Part shown: one piece after another, positions 60,302 through 64,000 of the stretch
How positions within the stretch are numbered: position 1 is the stretch's first letter
How the letters are laid out: each line of letters starts with the position of its first letter
Origin: an uncultured Dokdonia sp.
Lineage (GTDB): Bacteria; Bacteroidota; Bacteroidia; Flavobacteriales; Flavobacteriaceae
Direction of reading: 5' to 3'
Length of the DNA: 64,000 nucleotides
Assembly (NCBI GenBank): GCA_938002835.1
Contig: CALKZS010000070.1
Coordinates: 1,560 to 65,559 of the forward strand
Program-made: the position numbers and the translations under genes
Notes under the pieces: model-generated
Database searches by the model: none
What the model was told of the DNA's origin: nothing
What the model saw: only the letters and a program-made list of their open reading frames with translations

Positions 60302-60325
60302 ACCTCAATCTAATAACCTCTCATT

Positions 60326-63300
60326 ATGCATAGAATCAAGTATCTACTTGTAGCATTTATTTTATACACAACAGCTTCTGTAGCACAACAAACAGCTATA
60401 TATACAAATGACCTTGCTGCATTTAATAAAGCATTGTCATTATATAATAGCAATCAATATCTGGCATCTCAAACACTTTTTGAAGAAGTAAAAGCAGCCT
60501 CAACAGATGAAACTGTAAAGGGTGATTGTGCATATTATATAGCAAATGCAGCAGTACGACTTAACCAGCAAGGTGCAGATAATCTAATGTTAGAATTTGT
60601 AACAGATTATCCTACTAGTACCAAACGTAATAGCGCATTTTTAGATGTAGCGTCTTATTATTTTGAAAATGGAAAATATTCATATGCCAGAAAATGGTAT
60701 GATCGTGTAGAAGAAAAAAACCTTTCTGGATCAGAGCGCGAAACCTATGATTTTAATAATGGATATGCATACTTTAAAAATGATCGTTTTGAAGAAGCAA
60801 AAAAATACCTCAATCGTGTAAGAGATTCAAAAAAATATGGATCACAAGCAAAGTACTACATAGGCTTTATGGCATATGAAGGTGATGATTATGATCAAGC
60901 AAATGAGTTGTTTAATGAAGTAGAGGCCGAAACTGGAGGAGAGTACAATGAAGATTTAGCCTATTTTAAAGCAGATCTTAATTTTAAGTTAGGAAAATTT
61001 GACGAAGCAATTGCAGAAGGAAAATCACAACTCCCAAGAGCCACCGCTGCCGAAAAATCTGAACTAAACAAGATTATAGGAGAAAGCTACTTTAATCAAG
61101 AAAAATATGCAGAGGCATTGCCCTATTTAAAGGAATATAAAGGTAAACGCGGTAAGTGGAATAATACAGACTATTATCAACTAGGATATACATATTATAA
61201 ACAAGGAGATTATCAAAATGCAATTAACGAGTTTAATAAAATAGTAGATGGTCGTAATAGCACTGCTCAAAACGCATATTATCACCTAGCAGAATCGTAC
61301 CTAAAATTAGATAAAAAGCAAGAAGCACTAAATGCATTTAAAAATGCTTCAGAGATGGAGTTTGATGCAAAAATTAAAGAAGATAGTGGTCTTAATTATG
61401 CAAAACTAAGTTATGAGATGGGAAATGCATATAAACCTACACCTACAGTTATTTCAGATTATTTAAAGGAGTATCCTAAAACGCAAGCAAAAGAAGAGCT
61501 TCAAACATTATTAATAGACTCATATATTACTTCAAAAAACTATAAAGAAGCAATGCGTTTATTAGAAAGTAATAGTAATGCAGATAATAAAGCGGCATAT
61601 CAAAAAGTGGCTTTTTTATATGGATTAGAACTCTATAATGAAGGTAATTACCCAGATGCAGATAAAGCATTTAAAAAATCTTTAAAAGAACCTCGTGATC
61701 CATTATATGTTACAAGAGCTACATATTGGGTAGCAGAAGGAGATTATATAGCAAATGATTTTAAAGAAGCAATCATAGGCTATAAAGACTTTATGAATAC
61801 TAGCAATGCTACAAGTACACCAGAATATATAGATGTACAATACAATCTTGCCTATGCTTATTTTTCAGACAAGCAGTATGATCAAGCAGCCATTCATTTT
61901 GAAAATTATACTAATGCTACAGATAATGATATCACAAGAAAAAATGATGCCTATTTGCGTTTAGGCGATAGCCGTTTTATATCAAGTAAATATTGGCCAG
62001 CGCTAGAAGCATATAATAGTTCTATTGCTTTAAATCAAACAGGACAAGATTATGCTACTTTTCAAAAATCAATGAGTTATGGTTTTATTAAAAAGAATGC
62101 AGAAAAGATAGATGGTCTAAAAAGTTTTTCAAGCAAATTTCCAACCTCTACATATCGTGATGACGCATTATATGAGTTAGGAAATATCTATGTAACACAA
62201 AATAAAAATGACCAAGCAATTGCAGCATACGATCAGTTGGTTCGTGATATACCTAAAAGTTCTTATGTCTCAAAAGCATTACTCAAAAAAGCATTAATTT
62301 ATGATAATAGTAACAGATCTGAAGAGGCACTTACGATCTTAAAAAAGGTGGCTCGTGATTATCCAGGAACACCAGAATCTTTACAGGCAGTGACTACAGC
62401 AAAGTTAATTTATGTAGACTTGGGTCGTGTTAATGAGTATGGGCAATGGGTAAGTACATTAGATTTTATTAGTGTAGAAGATGGAGAGCTAGATGACGCA
62501 GCATATGCGCAAGCAGAGAAGCAATATGTCGATAATAACACAGGTCAGGCAGAAAAACTTTTAAAGAGTTATTTAGAAGAATATCCTAATGGGCAGCATA
62601 CCTTAAATGCGCATTTTTATGTGGGGCAACTCGCTTTCGCGAAAGCTGACTACACAGCAACAATACCTCATTATAAGTATGTGATTTCTAAAGAGCGCAA
62701 TGAGTTTACAGAGCAAGCACTTGCAAGATTAGGTCAAGTATACCTTACCGAAAAAGATTATACAGCAGCTACACCTATTTTAAAACGATTAGAAACTGAA
62801 GCAGATTTTCCTCAGAATGTCATTTTTGCACAGTCTAACTTGATGAAATCATATTATGAGCAAGATAATTATAGTCAATCTATCACTTATGCAGAAAAAG
62901 TGCTGGATAATGTAAAGATTGATAATGCAGTAAAAAGTGATGCGCAAATAATTATAGCAAGGTCTTCTATAAAGACCAATAATGAGTCACGTGCAAAAAC
63001 AGCCTATGCAGAAGTGCAAAAAATAGCGACAGGAGCGCTAGCAGCAGAGGCTTTATATTATGATGCATATTTCAAAAATAAAGATAATGCTTATGAAGCT
63101 TCAAATGTGACTGTACAAAAACTAGCAAGTGAGTATAGTGGTTATAAAGAGTATGGAGCAAAAGGGCTGGTACTTATGGCAAAGAATTTTTATGCTTTAG
63201 GAGATGCATATCAAGCAACGTATATACTAGAAAGTGTGATAACAAACTTTACAGATTTTCCAGACGTGGTAAAAGACGCAGAAGCGCAACTTGAAATTAT

Positions 63301-63346
63301 TAAAACAAACGAAGCAAAGACAAATGCTTCTGTAGAAAAAGGATAA
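60326..63346 (+). CDS. Large exported tetratricopeptide repeat protein
   Basis: Signal peptide, serial TPR-like helices (YQLGY, AYYHLAESY, ALYELG). Confidence 0.92.
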   Translation: MHRIKYLLVAFILYTTASVAQQTAIYTNDLAAFNKALSLYNSNQYLASQTLFEEVKAASTDETVKGDCAYYIANAAVRLNQQGADNLMLEFVTDYPTSTKRNSAFLDVASYYFENGKYSYARKWYDRVEEKNLSGSERETYDFNNGYAYFKNDRFEEAKKYLNRVRDSKKYGSQAKYYIGFMAYEGDDYDQANELFNEVEAETGGEYNEDLAYFKADLNFKLGKFDEAIAEGKSQLPRATAAEKSELNKIIGESYFNQEKYAEALPYLKEYKGKRGKWNNTDYYQLGYTYYKQGDYQNAINEFNKIVDGRNSTAQNAYYHLAESYLKLDKKQEALNAFKNASEMEFDAKIKEDSGLNYAKLSYEMGNAYKPTPTVISDYLKEYPKTQAKEELQTLLIDSYITSKNYKEAMRLLESNSNADNKAAYQKVAFLYGLELYNEGNYPDADKAFKKSLKEPRDPLYVTRATYWVAEGDYIANDFKEAIIGYKDFMNTSNATSTPEYIDVQYNLAYAYFSDKQYDQAAIHFENYTNATDNDITRKNDAYLRLGDSRFISSKYWPALEAYNSSIALNQTGQDYATFQKSMSYGFIKKNAEKIDGLKSFSSKFPTSTYRDDALYELGNIYVTQNKNDQAIAAYDQLVRDIPKSSYVSKALLKKALIYDNSNRSEEALTILKKVARDYPGTPESLQAVTTAKLIYVDLGRVNEYGQWVSTLDFISVEDGELDDAAYAQAEKQYVDNNTGQAEKLLKSYLEEYPNGQHTLNAHFYVGQLAFAKADYTATIPHYKYVISKERNEFTEQALARLGQVYLTEKDYTAATPILKRLETEADFPQNVIFAQSNLMKSYYEQDNYSQSITYAEKVLDNVKIDNAVKSDAQIIIARSSIKTNNESRAKTAYAEVQKIATGALAAEALYYDAYFKNKDNAYEASNVTVQKLASEYSGYKEYGAKGLVLMAKNFYALGDAYQATYILESVITNFTDFPDVVKDAEAQLEIIKTNEAKTNASVEKG
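62633..62646. repeat. Palindrome copy 17 (14-bp core), inside the TPR gene (AFAKA frame)
   Basis: Exact core; flanks C/T. Confidence 0.97.
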
Positions 63347-63410
63347 TTTAAAAAGTTATTTCAAGTACCAGAATAAAACATTTGAAGCAAAAAATAAGAC
63401 AATATAATAT

Positions 63411-64000
63411 ATGACTAATACAATCAATCGTATATCAAAAATAGGACTGTTTATAGTAGGTATACTTCTATCACAAGTTGGGTTTGCACAGGAAGAAGAG
63501 GAGGAATCTACAATAGGAACAGAGGTAGTAAATGTGGTAAAACCATATACGCCTACTATTAGTGATGCTTTTAAGGTAAAAGCAACACCTAAACTCAATG
63601 ATTCTATCACCACAGTAAAAAAGAAGGTTACTTATAGTATTTTTTCTGTTCCTGTAGCCAGTACATTTACACCAGCAAAAGGAAAAGCAACAACGGTCAA
63701 AAAGACTAAAAAAGTAAAGCTGTATGATAATTATGCAACTTTAGGTTTTGGTAATTTTACATCTGTACTAGCAGAGTTTTATAGTAATTTTCAGATAAGT
63801 CGTACAGAAAACTTCGGAGTTTTCTTAAATCATAATTCATCACAAGGAGGTATAGAAAGTGCTATAGTAGATGATTTCTTTTATGACACAAGACTTAATC
63901 TCAATTATGGAGCAAGAGAGCGTGATTATAGTTGGAGGGCAGATCTAGATGTTAAACACCAAGTATATAACTGGTATGGTATTCCAGAAGAGTTGCAATC
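63411..64000 (+). CDS. Outer-membrane (TonB-dependent-receptor-like) protein, truncated by the window edge (not in ORF track)
   Basis: My translation: MTNTINRISKIGLFIVGILLSQVGFAQEEEEESTIGTEVVNVVKPYTPTISDAFKV...; signal peptide; usual partner of the TPR gene. Confidence 0.78.
   Translation, partial: MTNTINRISKIGLFIVGILLSQVGFAQEEEEESTIGTEVVNVVKPYTPTISDAFKVKATPKLNDSITTVKKKVTYSIFSVPVASTFTPAKGKATTVKKTKKVKLYDNYATLGFGNFTSVLAEFYSNFQISRTENFGVFLNHNSSQGGIESAIVDDFFYDTRLNLNYGARERDYSWRADLDVKHQVYNWYGIPEELQ

Overview
AT-rich chromosomal segment of a Bacteroidota bacterium, most likely Flavobacteriaceae (gldI, TAnnTTTG promoters, rpsU-xer-hpf-tRNA-tuf gene order). It holds housekeeping genes (lgt, yidD, cysS, folE, lptB, tatC, kdsD, recQ), the tRNA-Thr/Tyr/Gly/Thr-tuf-tRNA-Trp-secE-nusG-rplKAJL-rpoBC cluster, pepD, PPIases/gldI, ndk, typA, a surface-glycan locus (about 44-59 kb) and ftsE-TPR-outer-membrane receptor. 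I saw no transposase, prophage, rRNA or CRISPR array. The most striking unexplained signal is the perfect palindrome GCTTTCGCGAAAGC (usually CGCTTTCGCGAAAGCG), present 17 times: 11 intergenic and 6 inside genes in all three reading frames, spaced more evenly than random (mean about 3.8 kb). Other candidates: a DPG-motif membrane peptide + kinase-like/methyltransferase + LtaS-like trio, three in-frame abutting genes of which the last lacks a canonical start, a Fic protein with a putative DNA-binding tail and an inverted-repeat operator, and a 58-bp near-perfect hairpin. All motif searches were done by eye, and family assignments come from recognised sequence motifs, not database searches.
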